DNA of 63,057 nucleotides, counting the filler, from an uncultured bacterium (GTDB taxonomy: Bacteria > CAYUVA01), in the NCBI GenBank assembly GCA_964448115.1. It is 4 parts of 4 records of this genome, joined end to end, with 100 filler letters (N's around TTAATTAATTAA, not from the genome) between each part and the next. Parts side by side here need not be neighbours in the genome. Positions count along the whole stretch, not along the records: positions 1 to 22,255 come from CAYUVA010000060.1; 3 more parts are not named here. One strand, 5' to 3'. Shown here piece after piece: positions 1 to 10,981 of the stretch. How positions within the stretch are numbered: position 1 is the stretch's first letter; each line of letters starts with the position of its first letter. A model generated the notes under the pieces. It ran no database searches, was not told the DNA's origin, and worked only from the letters and a program-made list of their open reading frames with translations. Made by a program: the position numbers and the translations under genes.

Positions 1-5
1 GGGGG

Positions 6-90
6 CTATCGGTCGGAATGATATGGTGTGTGTGGGGGGCTATCGGTCGGAATGACAGGGTAGGGGGCTTGTTCCTATCGGTCGGAATGA
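6..90. repeat. Three copies of CTATCGGTCGGAATGA (6-21, 40-55, 75-90) separated by short G-rich spacers; REP-like GGAATGAC family
   Basis: Identical 16-mer repeated at a 34-35 nt period, read directly. Confidence 0.75.
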
Positions 91-123
91 CAGGGGGTGT
101 GGTATGGTTCGCTTCGTGCCTTA

Positions 124-178
124 GTAGGGGCAACCCTAGCGGTTGCCATAAGAAGGGCAGGGAAAAGCCCTGCCCCTA
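124..178. repeat. GTAG-type REP-like palindromic element
   Basis: GTAGGGGC...GCCCCTA termini enclosing hairpins GGCAACC/GGTTGCC and AGGGC/GCCCT. Confidence 0.55.
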
Positions 179-202
179 TAGTGGCTTAAAACAAGTTAAT
201 TA

Positions 203-300
203 CCCACAAAGGCATAAAGTAAGAAAAAGATGATCACGCAAAGACGCAAAGACGGTACCACGGTACCACTTTCCTCTTCGTGCCTTAGTGCCTTTGTGGT
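203..300. repeat. Dispersed intergenic repeat family A (CACGCAAAGACGCAAAGA / CGGTACCACGGTA / CCACAAAG...CTTTGTGG)
   Basis: Same modules recur at about 8630-8690, 10955-10975, 43750-43854, 45339-45425, 48292-48310 and 51158-51271. Confidence 0.75.
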
Positions 301-317
301 TGAATAGCTCTCAAGTC

Positions 318-3300
318 TTAATGCTGTATCCTGAAGACGAAGACATTCTTTGCGTTGCGGTCGGCGACATAGAGATAATCGCCCTTAGAGTCGATACCGG
401 CCGGCGCTGATAGTCTCGGCTTATGGTCGCGGTATACTATTGAAAGCTCGACTATATCACCACTTGGCTCGAAGGCTGCGATCCGCCTTTCATTGGGGAT
501 GCTAAGATAGAGTGTATCGTTCTTATCAACTGCCATGTATGAGAACTCGTTCATGCCGGAGACGAACCAGAGTGTATCATAAGAGCCATCGGGCTTGAAC
601 TTGGTTACCCTCGGTTGTGCGAAGTCACAGGCGAAAACCTCGCCCTTGCTATTGGCTACAGCGCTTACCGGCGCCCTGAACTTGCCTGGTTCAGCGCCCA
701 TAGTTCCCAGGTTGCGGATGAAGTTACCATTGAGATCCGCCTGGATTACTCGGTGTTTGCCGCTGTCTGCCACATACATGAGCCTGCGTTTAGTATCGAT
801 GTTTACATCATTTGCAGCCCACAGATCCATGACTTTCTTCCAGAGGAACTTTCCATCATTGCTAAATTTCTTGAGCAACACATTCCATGAATCAATGACA
901 TACAATCCCTGGTCAGGAGCTACCGCGATGCCGCTAGCCGATCGGAACTGTTCGTCCTTGAAGCCGAAGCCTCCCCATTCGGTCAGCTTTTCGCCCCGCG
1001 GGGATAGCTTCATTATCGCATCGTTAAAGGATACGAAGATGTAGCCCGCATCATCTACCGCCAGGTCGCGGATCTGTATCCCCTCCGCCGCCAGGTCGCT
1101 AGATATTGGATATGTTGCTTCCAGCGTAAGGGTAATTTTTCGATCTGAGTATATGTTGCCCAGCGCGGTCGGGTCTGTAATCTTCCTCGAACAAAGGTAT
1201 CTTAACGGGATCGGCTGGTAGCTTTTTTCGCCAGGCAGTGCCCACATCAGGTTAAATTTCACGGGCATCTTGGTTACAGTCAAGGTTATATCTAGATTAT
1301 GATACCCCATGCCGAGTTTTAGCGTGGGGGATCTATCAGTCCTCGAGTCGCTCCTTGAGGTATCAACTTTTCTCCCATCCAGAATTAGCTGCGAGTCATT
1401 GTTGCCCACCAGGGCAAAGGAATACTCGCCATCACTTGGAATGTATAGCGCTCCGTGCCACTTGACTGTAAACGGCGTGGTGAGAGACATCGTATCCGCA
1501 TTCCATTCAAAGGCGAAGTCATCATCCCTTCGTACAAACAGCGGTTCTCCAAGCGCCTTGTTGCCTAGGTAATACTCTCCAGTCAAGCCGAATAGCTCCT
1601 CGACCTGGTCGGGAGTAACAATGAAGGTGTAGAACATCTCCTTGTTCCAGGGATCGCGATGCACTTCTGCCAGACCATCCGGATAGTAGCTGCGCAGTTG
1701 CCTACCCACCTCGAGGTAGGTATGGTCATAGACGAAAATATATGGAACCTTGGTCTTCTCCTTGATTGGGATATGCTTTATTGTGGTCAATTGCTCGATA
1801 AGGGATCTGTCCTTGAGCACGAAGTTTATAGCTGGGCTGCCGCCATGGAACTCGTTTATCAGGATCGCCTTGTATTTTTTATTGAAGCTCTTATTCAGCG
1901 AGTTTACATACTCGGCCACCTTGGTCTTCTCTGTGTCGAACTCACGCCAGTTACGGGGATCATTGCCCATCTTGACAAAATAGGTCTCGTATCCGTGGCT
2001 AATCAAGCTGATGCACAGGATAACGATTGGCACAAGTGCAGTCCATCCCAGGTATCTTCCCATGGCAGCACGGTAGTTCTCATAAGCCTGACCGACAAAG
2101 ATTGCACAGAAAAACATAACCGCTGGAATAGTGCCTAATGTTCGCAGAAAGTGAGGACCCTCGCGGCTGAGAACCCCAGGCATCATCATCACCACGAACC
2201 AGACCATCAGATAGAAGTAGCGTGGATCACGCCAGCGATATAGACAAAATACTAGTCCAAGAGGAAACAGGATGCGCAGATAGTATTCCAGCGCTGGCTC
2301 CATAGGCAGGTTATGACGGGGATTCCCATCCCCCATATGGTGGAACATCCAGAAATATCGCTCTATGTTCGGCTTCAGCTCATCCCACCACTGCGAGCGA
2401 TCCACTCCCACGAAGATCATCAGGTCGAACAGACGCTTGGACTCGGCAAAGTCGAACTTGAACAGCGCGAACCAGAACTTGTATCCAGCGCCGAAAACCA
2501 GGACGATGACCAGTAATACAGCCCAGAAGCGCCAGTTCAGAAACCACTTCTTGACCACCATCAGATGCAGAAATAAAGCTAATGGCAGCACCACCATCAG
2601 CCTCGATGCCGAGTATGACGGGAAGCCGAGTACCAGGGTGATGAAAAACCAAAGCCAATTGAGCCACCTGCCAGAGAGCGCCTTGAAGAAGAAAAGGGAC
2701 ATCAAAACCACGAAAAACGGCGTCTGTATCCCGCCAAAGGATATGCGACTGAAGTTAACATGCCAGTGGGAAGTTGCGACCATCAGGGCAGCCAGAAGCC
2801 CGATGCCGGCTCCGAAGATGTGCCTGCCGAACAGGTAGGTCAAAAGCACGGTGAGCAAGCCGAATATTATCGAAGGCACCCTGATCGCCTGCGGATTCTT
2901 GCCAAAGAACCACTGCGCGAAGCCCTCCATGTACCAGTAGATAAGCGGGTTGCGAAAGAGGTCCTGTTTTATCCTCTGGTGTTTCAAGGGGAGCTTCAGC
3001 CTGTCGAAGCTCTCCTGCCCGCGCACCGCTTCATCGTAGTAACAGCCCGCCGGTTGGAATGGAATGCGATAGATGCGAAAAAACAGCCCGACCGATAAAA
3101 CCGCTATGAGAAGCAGGATCTCCACGGTTTTTCCCATCGGCTTTTTGCCAAGTAGTTCCTGCTGACTTAAAGGGAGCTGGGGCTTGCTCAATGTCAGATA
3201 CTGCCCGGGAAGGTATCTTTTTACCCATTTCCCCTTCAGGTATGCATAGATAAATACCAAGAAACCCCCGACAACAAACCACTGCAAGCCGATATTAAGC

Positions 3301-3698
3301 ATTTTTTTATCTATGAATGCATTGCCGATGTAGGCGATGGTCAAGGCGGTGGTGAGCAGCGACAGGTGTATCCCGCGCGGTCTGCCGATGACGGCAAGGA
3401 AATAGGAGAAGATGTTCAGATAGAGCGCATAGAGGAGCAGCTTGCGGCTGGTAACCAACAGGACGCGCTGCGCGAAATAATCGCCAAGCTCGCCGCCAGA
3501 TCCCTTGAACAAGGTAAGCGGCTCCCACCCGTAGATATGCGAGATTATCGATAAATAGGGGATCAAAACAAACAATAAAAGACAGACGCGGGCAATGAGG
3601 CTCCACCTGATACGAAAAAAGAGGCAAATCCCCGCATAGAGAAACATCAGGGGGATAAGGATTGCTCCATAGCCGATAAGATTATACAAGGTTGTCAT
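318..3698 (-). CDS. GT-C fold (PMT/ArnT-like) membrane glycosyltransferase fused to a PA14 domain and an NHL-repeat beta-propeller
   Basis: Many TM helices; YYDEA acidic motif after a TM helix, RVPSIIFG, SHWHVNFSR; PA14-like GLTGEYY...VKWHGALYIPSDGEYSF; NHL repeats (FRSASGIAV, YVADSGKHRV, GKFRAPVSA). Confidence 0.8.
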   Translation of the reverse strand: MTTLYNLIGYGAILIPLMFLYAGICLFFRIRWSLIARVCLLLFVLIPYLSIISHIYGWEPLTLFKGSGGELGDYFAQRVLLVTSRKLLLYALYLNIFSYFLAVIGRPRGIHLSLLTTALTIAYIGNAFIDKKMLNIGLQWFVVGGFLVFIYAYLKGKWVKRYLPGQYLTLSKPQLPLSQQELLGKKPMGKTVEILLLIAVLSVGLFFRIYRIPFQPAGCYYDEAVRGQESFDRLKLPLKHQRIKQDLFRNPLIYWYMEGFAQWFFGKNPQAIRVPSIIFGLLTVLLTYLFGRHIFGAGIGLLAALMVATSHWHVNFSRISFGGIQTPFFVVLMSLFFFKALSGRWLNWLWFFITLVLGFPSYSASRLMVVLPLALFLHLMVVKKWFLNWRFWAVLLVIVLVFGAGYKFWFALFKFDFAESKRLFDLMIFVGVDRSQWWDELKPNIERYFWMFHHMGDGNPRHNLPMEPALEYYLRILFPLGLVFCLYRWRDPRYFYLMVWFVVMMMPGVLSREGPHFLRTLGTIPAVMFFCAIFVGQAYENYRAAMGRYLGWTALVPIVILCISLISHGYETYFVKMGNDPRNWREFDTEKTKVAEYVNSLNKSFNKKYKAILINEFHGGSPAINFVLKDRSLIEQLTTIKHIPIKEKTKVPYIFVYDHTYLEVGRQLRSYYPDGLAEVHRDPWNKEMFYTFIVTPDQVEELFGLTGEYYLGNKALGEPLFVRRDDDFAFEWNADTMSLTTPFTVKWHGALYIPSDGEYSFALVGNNDSQLILDGRKVDTSRSDSRTDRSPTLKLGMGYHNLDITLTVTKMPVKFNLMWALPGEKSYQPIPLRYLCSRKITDPTALGNIYSDRKITLTLEATYPISSDLAAEGIQIRDLAVDDAGYIFVSFNDAIMKLSPRGEKLTEWGGFGFKDEQFRSASGIAVAPDQGLYVIDSWNVLLKKFSNDGKFLWKKVMDLWAANDVNIDTKRRLMYVADSGKHRVIQADLNGNFIRNLGTMGAEPGKFRAPVSAVANSKGEVFACDFAQPRVTKFKPDGSYDTLWFVSGMNEFSYMAVDKNDTLYLSIPNERRIAAFEPSGDIVELSIVYRDHKPRLSAPAGIDSKGDYLYVADRNAKNVFVFRIQH

Positions 3699-3723
3699 GT
3701 TTTATCGTTGACCAGCTTCACGA

Positions 3724-4935
3724 TTAGTAGATCTTGACCTGGCTCCAGGTGGCACCACCATCATTGGTCAGAACCAGCGTGGCATCATCCCCGACTGCCC
3801 AACCGGTATCTTTATCAATGAAGAAGATGCCCTTGAGGGTAGATCGAACGCCTGAATTAAGAATTCGCCAACTGCGACCACGATCTTCGCTTTTTACGAT
3901 GGCGCCATGTGAGCCGACTGCATGGACGATATTATCAGTCAAAGCAAAAATGCGGAAGAAGATCGCATTGTGATCCTCTGGAACAACCCGCCAGCTCTTG
4001 CCTCCATCCTCGGTCAGCACGATGCAGCCGGACATCCCGGTCGCCCAGCCGACCTTGTCATCGGCGAAGCCTACATCGACCAGAAAGTCATCTCCGTGCT
4101 CGGCAAGCCTGTAAACGACCTCCCAGGTCTTCCCGCCATCGAAAGTGCCAAGTATGATACCATTTCTCAGGCGTTGTTTATCGAACTGGAAGCCAGAGGC
4201 GAAGCCGCGCTTGTTGTCTATGAAGGCGACCGACTCGAATGTCCAGTCCTTGTCCGCCTCCCAAGCCTTCTCCCAGGTTACGCCTCCATCGGTGGTATAG
4301 ATGATCTTTCCCTTGTCGCCTACTCCCCAGACAGTCTTTTCATCCACGATATCCAAGCCGTGAACCACCATCTGAAAGCGTTCGATCCCCGGGAAGCGAT
4401 TCCAGGTGGCACCCCCATCATGGGTGGCATAAACCCCGCCGAAGCCGCTCGCCCAGGCGATCTTATCGCCGAGGATATCGAGTGAAAGCAAGCCCATCCT
4501 TCCCCCGGCTCCAGCAACTGCCTCCTTCCAGGTCTTACCACCATCATCGGAAACCAGGATTCTGTCTCCGGCGATGTATCCATGCTTCTTATCGCTGAAT
4601 CGTACCTGATTGAAGGCTATTCCAGGCTCTTGATGTACAGGTTGCCCTAGCTTGGGTTGCACTTTTTGCGGCTCGCCAGAGGTCTTTTGTCTATCGCGAG
4701 CCGGGATCGCCTTTGGCTTAGCATGTTTACTCCGCCGTTTATCTTTATAGATCGGCGGCTTAGGTTTAGGGGATATCTTATGCTTGGGTCCCTTTATTAT
4801 ATCGTAGGTCATCATGCCGCCCATGACCACCCCGATTATAATCAAGAGCACACCGACAATCTTATATATATCGAACCTTCTCTTCGGTGGCTGGGTGCCA
4901 GTCTGTTCTTCATTGACTTGCGGTGTCTGGTTCAT
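3724..4935 (-). CDS. Membrane-anchored Ycf48/BNR (Asp-box) repeat beta-propeller protein
   Basis: N-terminal TM helix; repeated S/TxDGGxTW Asp boxes and GWAVG motifs. Confidence 0.85.
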   Translation of the reverse strand: MNQTPQVNEEQTGTQPPKRRFDIYKIVGVLLIIIGVVMGGMMTYDIIKGPKHKISPKPKPPIYKDKRRSKHAKPKAIPARDRQKTSGEPQKVQPKLGQPVHQEPGIAFNQVRFSDKKHGYIAGDRILVSDDGGKTWKEAVAGAGGRMGLLSLDILGDKIAWASGFGGVYATHDGGATWNRFPGIERFQMVVHGLDIVDEKTVWGVGDKGKIIYTTDGGVTWEKAWEADKDWTFESVAFIDNKRGFASGFQFDKQRLRNGIILGTFDGGKTWEVVYRLAEHGDDFLVDVGFADDKVGWATGMSGCIVLTEDGGKSWRVVPEDHNAIFFRIFALTDNIVHAVGSHGAIVKSEDRGRSWRILNSGVRSTLKGIFFIDKDTGWAVGDDATLVLTNDGGATWSQVKIY

Positions 4936-5041
4936 TGTATCTTCTCCACAAGATTAAAATTACTGGTCGCTGAAGATTATAGGTATCCAGCCCTAAGAGT
5001 CAATATTCGGTGGATGATTCACCGACCCCCTGCCGGTTAGC

Positions 5042-7225
5042 TTACCTGGCATAGTAACGACATAGCTTGCTTACCGTATCGATCACTTGGCTTATGTCCC
5101 GTTCGGTCATGGCTGGATACAAGGGCAAAGATAGTATCCTCTGCGAGACATCCTCGGCTATTGGGAGCTTCCCCGGCTTGAAGCCATAGGTGCGCCTATA
5201 ATAAGGATGCAGATGGACAGCCCGGAAATGGATGCCGCTGCCTATATTCTCCGCCTTTAGTGCCTGGATGAACTCATCGCGGCTCAGTGAGATCTTGGCA
5301 GTATCCAGTTTAATTATATAAAGATGGTGGGAATGCCGAATGTCCATGATCGACCTCAATGGGATGATCCCATCCAACTGGCTGAAAGCGTCATCGTACA
5401 TTCTGGCATAGCGCTTCCTGGTTTGCAGGAAGCCCTCCAGCCTGTCAAGCTGATGAAGCCCTATGGCAGCGGATACATCGGTCATGTTGTACTTGAAGCC
5501 GGGGTACTCGATCTCCCAGTGGATGCTTCCCTGCTCGGTGTATCGATTCCAGGCATCGCGGGATAAGCCATGTAAACTCATCATGCGCAGCTTGCCCTCC
5601 AGGTCAGCATCCTTGAAAACGAGCAGCCCCCCCTCGATGGTGGTCATGTTCTTTATGGGATAGAAGCTAAAGGCGGTGAAGTCGCTGATATCACCGACCA
5701 TTTTTCCCTTGTACATGGAGCCAATTCCATGGGCAGCATCCTCGATAACGACCAGGTCATGCTTTTGGGCTAGTTCGTTTATCTGGTCAAGCTCGCAGGG
5801 CTGGCCAGCCATATCGACCGGAATGATAGCCCTGGTGTGTTCGGTAATAGCAGCCTCTATCTTTGATGCATCAATGTTCAACGTATCGGGCTTTATATCG
5901 ACAAATACTGGTTTAGCGCCACAATGGACGATGACATTAACAGTAGAGGCAAAAGTAATCGGTGAGGTGATCACCTCGTCCCCAGCCCCGATGCCAGATG
6001 CGACAAGGGCTAGATGTAGCGCCGCGGTGCAGCTAGAAAGCGCAATAGCATGGTCGCAACCGAGATATTCCTTGCACTTTTCCTCGAAACGATGCGTCTT
6101 GGGTCCGGTGGTTATCCAGCCGGATCGCAATGTATCGAGCACCTCGTTTTCCTCTTCCTTGCCTAACAATGGCTTGCTGAATGGTAAAAACTCGGTGCGG
6201 CTGGTCTCGCCGCCGGCGATGGCTGGCTTGGCGAGCAGTTCCTTCATCAGCCTTATGTTATAGAATATGCTGCGCTCCGTATCGCCGAAGATGCCTTTAT
6301 CCAGGGCATCAGCGATTTCCATCACCGTGCTTTTGGCATCGAATTGTGGCTCTAAACCGAGAAGCTCATGCAGCTTATCAAAGTTGACACGATAGCTTCG
6401 TGTATCCGGGTCGCCGGGAAGCTCCTCGATGCGCACCTCGCCGACCGTGTCTGCGACTAGCCTTGCCAGCTCAGCGATGCGATAATTCATGCTGGTGAAG
6501 CCCATGTTGTAGAACTCCCCGCTTATGATCCTTGGCTCTAGCTTCAATAGTTGGAGTATGATACGACTGGAGTCCTGGACATGGATGAAGGGACGCCATT
6601 GCTTACCACCGCCGAATACATAGATAAGCCCCTTGCGCTTGGCATAAAGGGTCATTACATTGATGGCTAGATCGAAGCGCATGCGCGGTGATAGCCCGCA
6701 AACAGTGGCTTGACGAAGGCAGACGGGATGAAAATCTGAATCCCTTAGCTCCATTATAGCCTCTTCAGCCCATAGCTTTGTCTTGGCGTAAAGAGATACT
6801 GGGTGCAGCTCGCTTTGCTCGGTTACAAAAAGATCCCCAGCAGCACCATAAACGCTACAGGTGCTCATGAAGATGAATTGTCTTACTCCCTTGGACTTGG
6901 CTCGCTTGGCTAGCTCAATTGTTGCGTGAAAGTTTATATCCAGCGATAGATCCTCCCGCAGGTCGCAGGAAGGATCATTGCTCAGGCTGCCGAGATGGAT
7001 GATGGTATCTATATCATCGAGCAGGTCGGGGTGCTTATCGAGGTAACGAAGATCTCCCTTTATCACTTGCAGGTTTGGATGCTCTATATACTGCTTGATC
7101 GGCTCCTCTCCGAAGTAGAACCTGTCAAACAGCCTTACCTTGTAGCCTGCCTCAAGGAGCCCGGGCAATAAAACAGCGCCGATATAGCCCGCACCACCGG
7201 TCAGAAGTATGTTTTTCCCCCTCAT
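5042..7225 (-). CDS. Fused NAD-dependent nucleotide-sugar epimerase/dehydratase and DegT/DnrJ/EryC1/StrS PLP aminotransferase
   Basis: TGGAGYIG and YAKTK (YxxxK) in the N-half; IEDAAH and SFYPIKNMTTIEGG (PLP lysine) in the C-half. Confidence 0.92.
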   Translation of the reverse strand: MRGKNILLTGGAGYIGAVLLPGLLEAGYKVRLFDRFYFGEEPIKQYIEHPNLQVIKGDLRYLDKHPDLLDDIDTIIHLGSLSNDPSCDLREDLSLDINFHATIELAKRAKSKGVRQFIFMSTCSVYGAAGDLFVTEQSELHPVSLYAKTKLWAEEAIMELRDSDFHPVCLRQATVCGLSPRMRFDLAINVMTLYAKRKGLIYVFGGGKQWRPFIHVQDSSRIILQLLKLEPRIISGEFYNMGFTSMNYRIAELARLVADTVGEVRIEELPGDPDTRSYRVNFDKLHELLGLEPQFDAKSTVMEIADALDKGIFGDTERSIFYNIRLMKELLAKPAIAGGETSRTEFLPFSKPLLGKEEENEVLDTLRSGWITTGPKTHRFEEKCKEYLGCDHAIALSSCTAALHLALVASGIGAGDEVITSPITFASTVNVIVHCGAKPVFVDIKPDTLNIDASKIEAAITEHTRAIIPVDMAGQPCELDQINELAQKHDLVVIEDAAHGIGSMYKGKMVGDISDFTAFSFYPIKNMTTIEGGLLVFKDADLEGKLRMMSLHGLSRDAWNRYTEQGSIHWEIEYPGFKYNMTDVSAAIGLHQLDRLEGFLQTRKRYARMYDDAFSQLDGIIPLRSIMDIRHSHHLYIIKLDTAKISLSRDEFIQALKAENIGSGIHFRAVHLHPYYRRTYGFKPGKLPIAEDVSQRILSLPLYPAMTERDISQVIDTVSKLCRYYAR

Positions 7226-7248
7226 AATTGTCCTTTTTTCATATAGCC

Positions 7249-8481
7249 TTAAAATCGATAAGAGATTCCGAGTCCCAGTATGCCGATGCTATACTTGTAG
7301 TACCCATTCGCCCTGCTTTGACCCTCTTCATCAACAGGCTCAAGGATGCTTGAGGTGATCTTCCTGTCATGAAAGAAGACATGCTCATACCCCAGGTCGA
7401 TTGTCATAGCGCCGAAGGTGTATCCAATTCCCATTGCAAGCGCGAATTTATTTGCATCAGGAGGAACTATGTCGAGCGTCTTGTCCGGTATGGCGCCCTG
7501 ATCGTAAAACCAACCGCAGCGCAATGCCAGGTTATTGGTCAACTGATGCTCGGCTCCGATGCGCAGGCACCAGATATCGCGCCAGTCGCGGGGGATTTCA
7601 ACATCTTGGGTCATCGTGTTATCTTCAAGATCTACGAACATCTCCTCCATGACCGACCAGTTCACCCAGACCACATCGCTGGTGAAGCGCCACCTCTCAA
7701 AGGGGCTTACCATGATGCCAACCCTGGCGTACTGCGGAAAGGTTAGCTCCAGGGTCTGATCGGTATCAAGCAGCTTTGTCCCCTGGTAGGTGCCGGTAGC
7801 AGTCCCCTGGTACTTGATCTTCACCGGAGCGACATATCCGAAGCCTAATGATACCTGCTGGTTTAGCCTGAATAGTGCTCCCATGTTGAACCCAAAGCTG
7901 CTGTCATCACCCTCAACAACGCTGTAGGCATCCATCACCGGATCGGTCTCGAAGCGCTCCATCTGGATCTCAGACATTATATAGCTGACACCAATGCCTA
8001 TGCTTAGTTTATTGGTCAACATGTAGGCGACCGATGGCGTGAAGTAGTAGCTTATGATCGCAGCCTTGACAGTGTTGTAGCGTGTTGGCCCTTCCTTGCT
8101 GAACTCGTAGTCCTGTCCAAACGGTGAACTGAAGGTGAAGCCGAACCTTAACCTCTCAAAGCCGAAGTCCCCGGCAAAGGCAGCATAAGGCACCGGCAGC
8201 GCGGTGCTGGTAAGCTCTGATCTATCGGACTTGTCCAGCGTCTCAAAAGTGAAGCTCGGCATGTAGAGATTGGGCATCAGGCTCACCTGGTATCCCTTGT
8301 GTTGGGTTATGCCGGCAGGATTATGGAACAAGGCAGAAAGATCATCATCGTATGCCACGAACGCACCTGCCATTCCCAGCGCCTTGGCGCCGACCTCATG
8401 AACGCAGTATCCGCTTGCCAGTACAATGCCGGGCATCGCTAGCAAAATGAAAGCTACAAGAAATAATAAACGCCTCATCAT
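7249..8481 (-). CDS. OMPP1/FadL/TodX family outer-membrane transporter
   Basis: Signal peptide; GMAGAFVA...DDLSALFHNPAG plug motif; beta-barrel pattern with terminal YRF. Confidence 0.9.
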   Translation of the reverse strand: MMRRLLFLVAFILLAMPGIVLASGYCVHEVGAKALGMAGAFVAYDDDLSALFHNPAGITQHKGYQVSLMPNLYMPSFTFETLDKSDRSELTSTALPVPYAAFAGDFGFERLRFGFTFSSPFGQDYEFSKEGPTRYNTVKAAIISYYFTPSVAYMLTNKLSIGIGVSYIMSEIQMERFETDPVMDAYSVVEGDDSSFGFNMGALFRLNQQVSLGFGYVAPVKIKYQGTATGTYQGTKLLDTDQTLELTFPQYARVGIMVSPFERWRFTSDVVWVNWSVMEEMFVDLEDNTMTQDVEIPRDWRDIWCLRIGAEHQLTNNLALRCGWFYDQGAIPDKTLDIVPPDANKFALAMGIGYTFGAMTIDLGYEHVFFHDRKITSSILEPVDEEGQSRANGYYKYSIGILGLGISYRF

Positions 8482-8856
8482 TTCACCCCATGTTTCATTA
8501 CATTTGTTTGACAGATAGGAAGCTTATCAGAAAATGCAATCTCATTAAAGCAATTAAACAGCCTGCAAAGCACTTTCTTAGAAAACGGAAGACAATTTAG
8601 TGGCTTAAGAAAAAGAAGCCCCCTCATTACGGTACCACGGTATAACGGTGTCACGGTACCACTTCTTTCTTTGCGTCTTTGCGTGATCCTCCTTCCTCGC
8701 ACCTCATACCCTGTTAGCTATAAGAGCCTTCAAGGTTTGGTTGCGGCTACGTTGTCTTGGTAAATAGCCTTTATGAAAAATAAAAGCATAGGATTCGATA
8801 TGCGAACTGGAAATTATGCTCGTTGGCAAGTATAAGGATATCAGAATAACAAAACC

Positions 8857-10884
8857 ATGAGTCCACTAAGCGAAAGACCTGATTGGGACATCGAACCTCG
8901 TCCCTTCGAGCTGATCAGCGACTTTACACCCCAGGCTGACCAGAAACAGGCGATCATGCAGCTATCCAAGGGAGTTCTAGAAGGGCATCGCCATCAGGTA
9001 TTGCTGGGCGTTACCGGCTCCGGCAAGACCTTCACCATGGCGAATATCATTCAACAGGTACAGCGTCCAACCCTTGTCATGGTGCACAACAAGATCCTGG
9101 CTGCGCAACTTTATCGCGAGTTCAAGGGCTTCTTCCCCAACAACGCCGTTGAGTACTTCGTCAGCTACTACGATTACTATCAGCCAGAGGCATACATCCC
9201 GGCGACCGATACCTACATTGAGAAGGACAGCTCAATAAACGATGAGGTCGATAGGCTGCGCCACAGCGCCACGCGTTCCCTGTTCGAGAGGCGTGATGTG
9301 CTGATAGTCGCCAGCGTCAGTTGCATTTACGGGCTAGGCTCACCGGAGACCTATGCGAGGATGATGATCTTCCTGGAGGTCGGCGAGGAGATTGCCATGG
9401 AACAGGTGCTCGATAAGCTGGTCGAGGTGCAGTACGAGCGCAATGACTATGATTTTGCCCGTGGCGTCTTTAGGGTCAAAGGTGATGTGCTCGACATATT
9501 CCCCGCCTACGAGGAGAACGGCGTCAGAGTCGAGTTCTTCGGCGACACTGTTGAGCGCATCAGCATCTTCGATCCGGTTACCTTCAAGACCATCGAGGAA
9601 TTACCTCGCATAGCCATATTCCCCAACAGCCACTATGTTGTAGATAGACCTACATTGCTCAAGGCGATAGACGATATTCGCAGCGAGCTTAAAGAACGCC
9701 TGCGATCCTTCGAGGAGAACCGAAAATACCTGGAAGCACAAAGGTTGCTGCAACGAACCAACTACGATATCGAGATGATGCTGCATATCGGCTATTGCAA
9801 TGGGATTGAAAACTACAGCCGTCATTTGACAGGGCGCAAGCCAGGTGAACCGCCAGCCACCCTGCTGAGCTTCTTCCCAGATGATTTTCTATTGTTCATC
9901 GATGAAAGCCACGCTACCCTTCCCCAATTGCACGCTATGTGGCGGGGGGATCGGTCCCGCAAGGAGACGCTGGTCGAGCACGGCTTCAGGCTGCCCTCGG
10001 CAATAGATAACCGCCCGCTAACCTTCGATGAGTTCGAGGCAGCGGTGAACCAGACCATCTATGTCTCTGCAACCCCTGGCAACTATGAGTTGGAGAAATC
10101 AAAAGGTAGAGTTGTGGAACAGATAGTCAGACCGACCGGGCTAATCGACCCAATGGTGCATGTGGAGCCGGTGAGTTCGCAGGTCGATGACCTGCTTGAG
10201 CGGATTCGCGCCAAGGTGAAAAATGGCGAACGTGTGCTGGTAACCACTCTCACCAAGCGCATGGCAGAGGATCTGACCTCTTATTACCAAGAATTGGGCG
10301 TGAAGGTGCGCTATATGCACTCGGAGATCGATGTTTTGGAGAGAGCCAAGCTGATCAAGGGCTTGCGACGCGGGGACTTTGATGTGCTGGTGGGGATCAA
10401 CCTGCTACGCGAGGGGCTGGATCTGCCTGAGGTATCCCTGGTCGCCATTCTCGATGCTGATAAAGAAGGCTTCCTGCGCTCTGCCAGGTCGCTCATTCAG
10501 ACCATGGGGCGCACAGCGAGGAATATCAATGGCGAGGTGGTGCTATATGCTGATCGCATCACCGACTCCATGCGTGCGGCAATAGATGAGACCATGCGCA
10601 GAAGGGAAAAGCAGAGGCAATACAATGAGCAACATGGCATAACTCCAGAATCGATCATTAAAAACATCGATGATATCCTGGAATCGGTGCCGGAAAAGGA
10701 TTACTATACCATCCCGAAAGAGGAGGAGTTCCCGGCTGAGATCATATCAGAAGAACGGCTGGAGAAGGTGCTGGAAGCTCTGGAGAAGAAGATGCGGGCT
10801 TATGCCAAGCAACTGCAATTCGAAAAAGCCGCCAAGATAAGGGACGAGATCCGCCTGCTCAAAGGGAAGGATCTGTTTCTATAG
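8857..10884 (+). CDS. uvrB: Excinuclease ABC subunit B
   Basis: [44 protein letters not shown]-terminal UVR (FEKAAKIRD). Confidence 0.98.
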   Translation: MSPLSERPDWDIEPRPFELISDFTPQADQKQAIMQLSKGVLEGHRHQVLLGVTGSGKTFTMANIIQQVQRPTLVMVHNKILAAQLYREFKGFFPNNAVEYFVSYYDYYQPEAYIPATDTYIEKDSSINDEVDRLRHSATRSLFERRDVLIVASVSCIYGLGSPETYARMMIFLEVGEEIAMEQVLDKLVEVQYERNDYDFARGVFRVKGDVLDIFPAYEENGVRVEFFGDTVERISIFDPVTFKTIEELPRIAIFPNSHYVVDRPTLLKAIDDIRSELKERLRSFEENRKYLEAQRLLQRTNYDIEMMLHIGYCNGIENYSRHLTGRKPGEPPATLLSFFPDDFLLFIDESHATLPQLHAMWRGDRSRKETLVEHGFRLPSAIDNRPLTFDEFEAAVNQTIYVSATPGNYELEKSKGRVVEQIVRPTGLIDPMVHVEPVSSQVDDLLERIRAKVKNGERVLVTTLTKRMAEDLTSYYQELGVKVRYMHSEIDVLERAKLIKGLRRGDFDVLVGINLLREGLDLPEVSLVAILDADKEGFLRSARSLIQTMGRTARNINGEVVLYADRITDSMRAAIDETMRRREKQRQYNEQHGITPESIIKNIDDILESVPEKDYYTIPKEEEFPAEIISEERLEKVLEALEKKMRAYAKQLQFEKAAKIRDEIRLLKGKDLFL

Positions 10885-10981
10885 ACCATTGATGCAAGAG
10901 GGTCTTTTAACCATCAATCCCGAAACAGGCGGGACAAAAAAGAAAGAAAATCCATTCTTTGCCTCTTTGCGTGATGGTTCC

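Noticed and set aside
1-95. Possible CRISPR array
   Set aside because: The repeat is only 16 nt, the spacers are about 18 nt of low-complexity G-rich sequence, and no cas genes are present
18-233. Short ORFs at 18-233, 8478-8702 and 33818-34015
   Set aside because: They translate intergenic repeat elements and show no protein features
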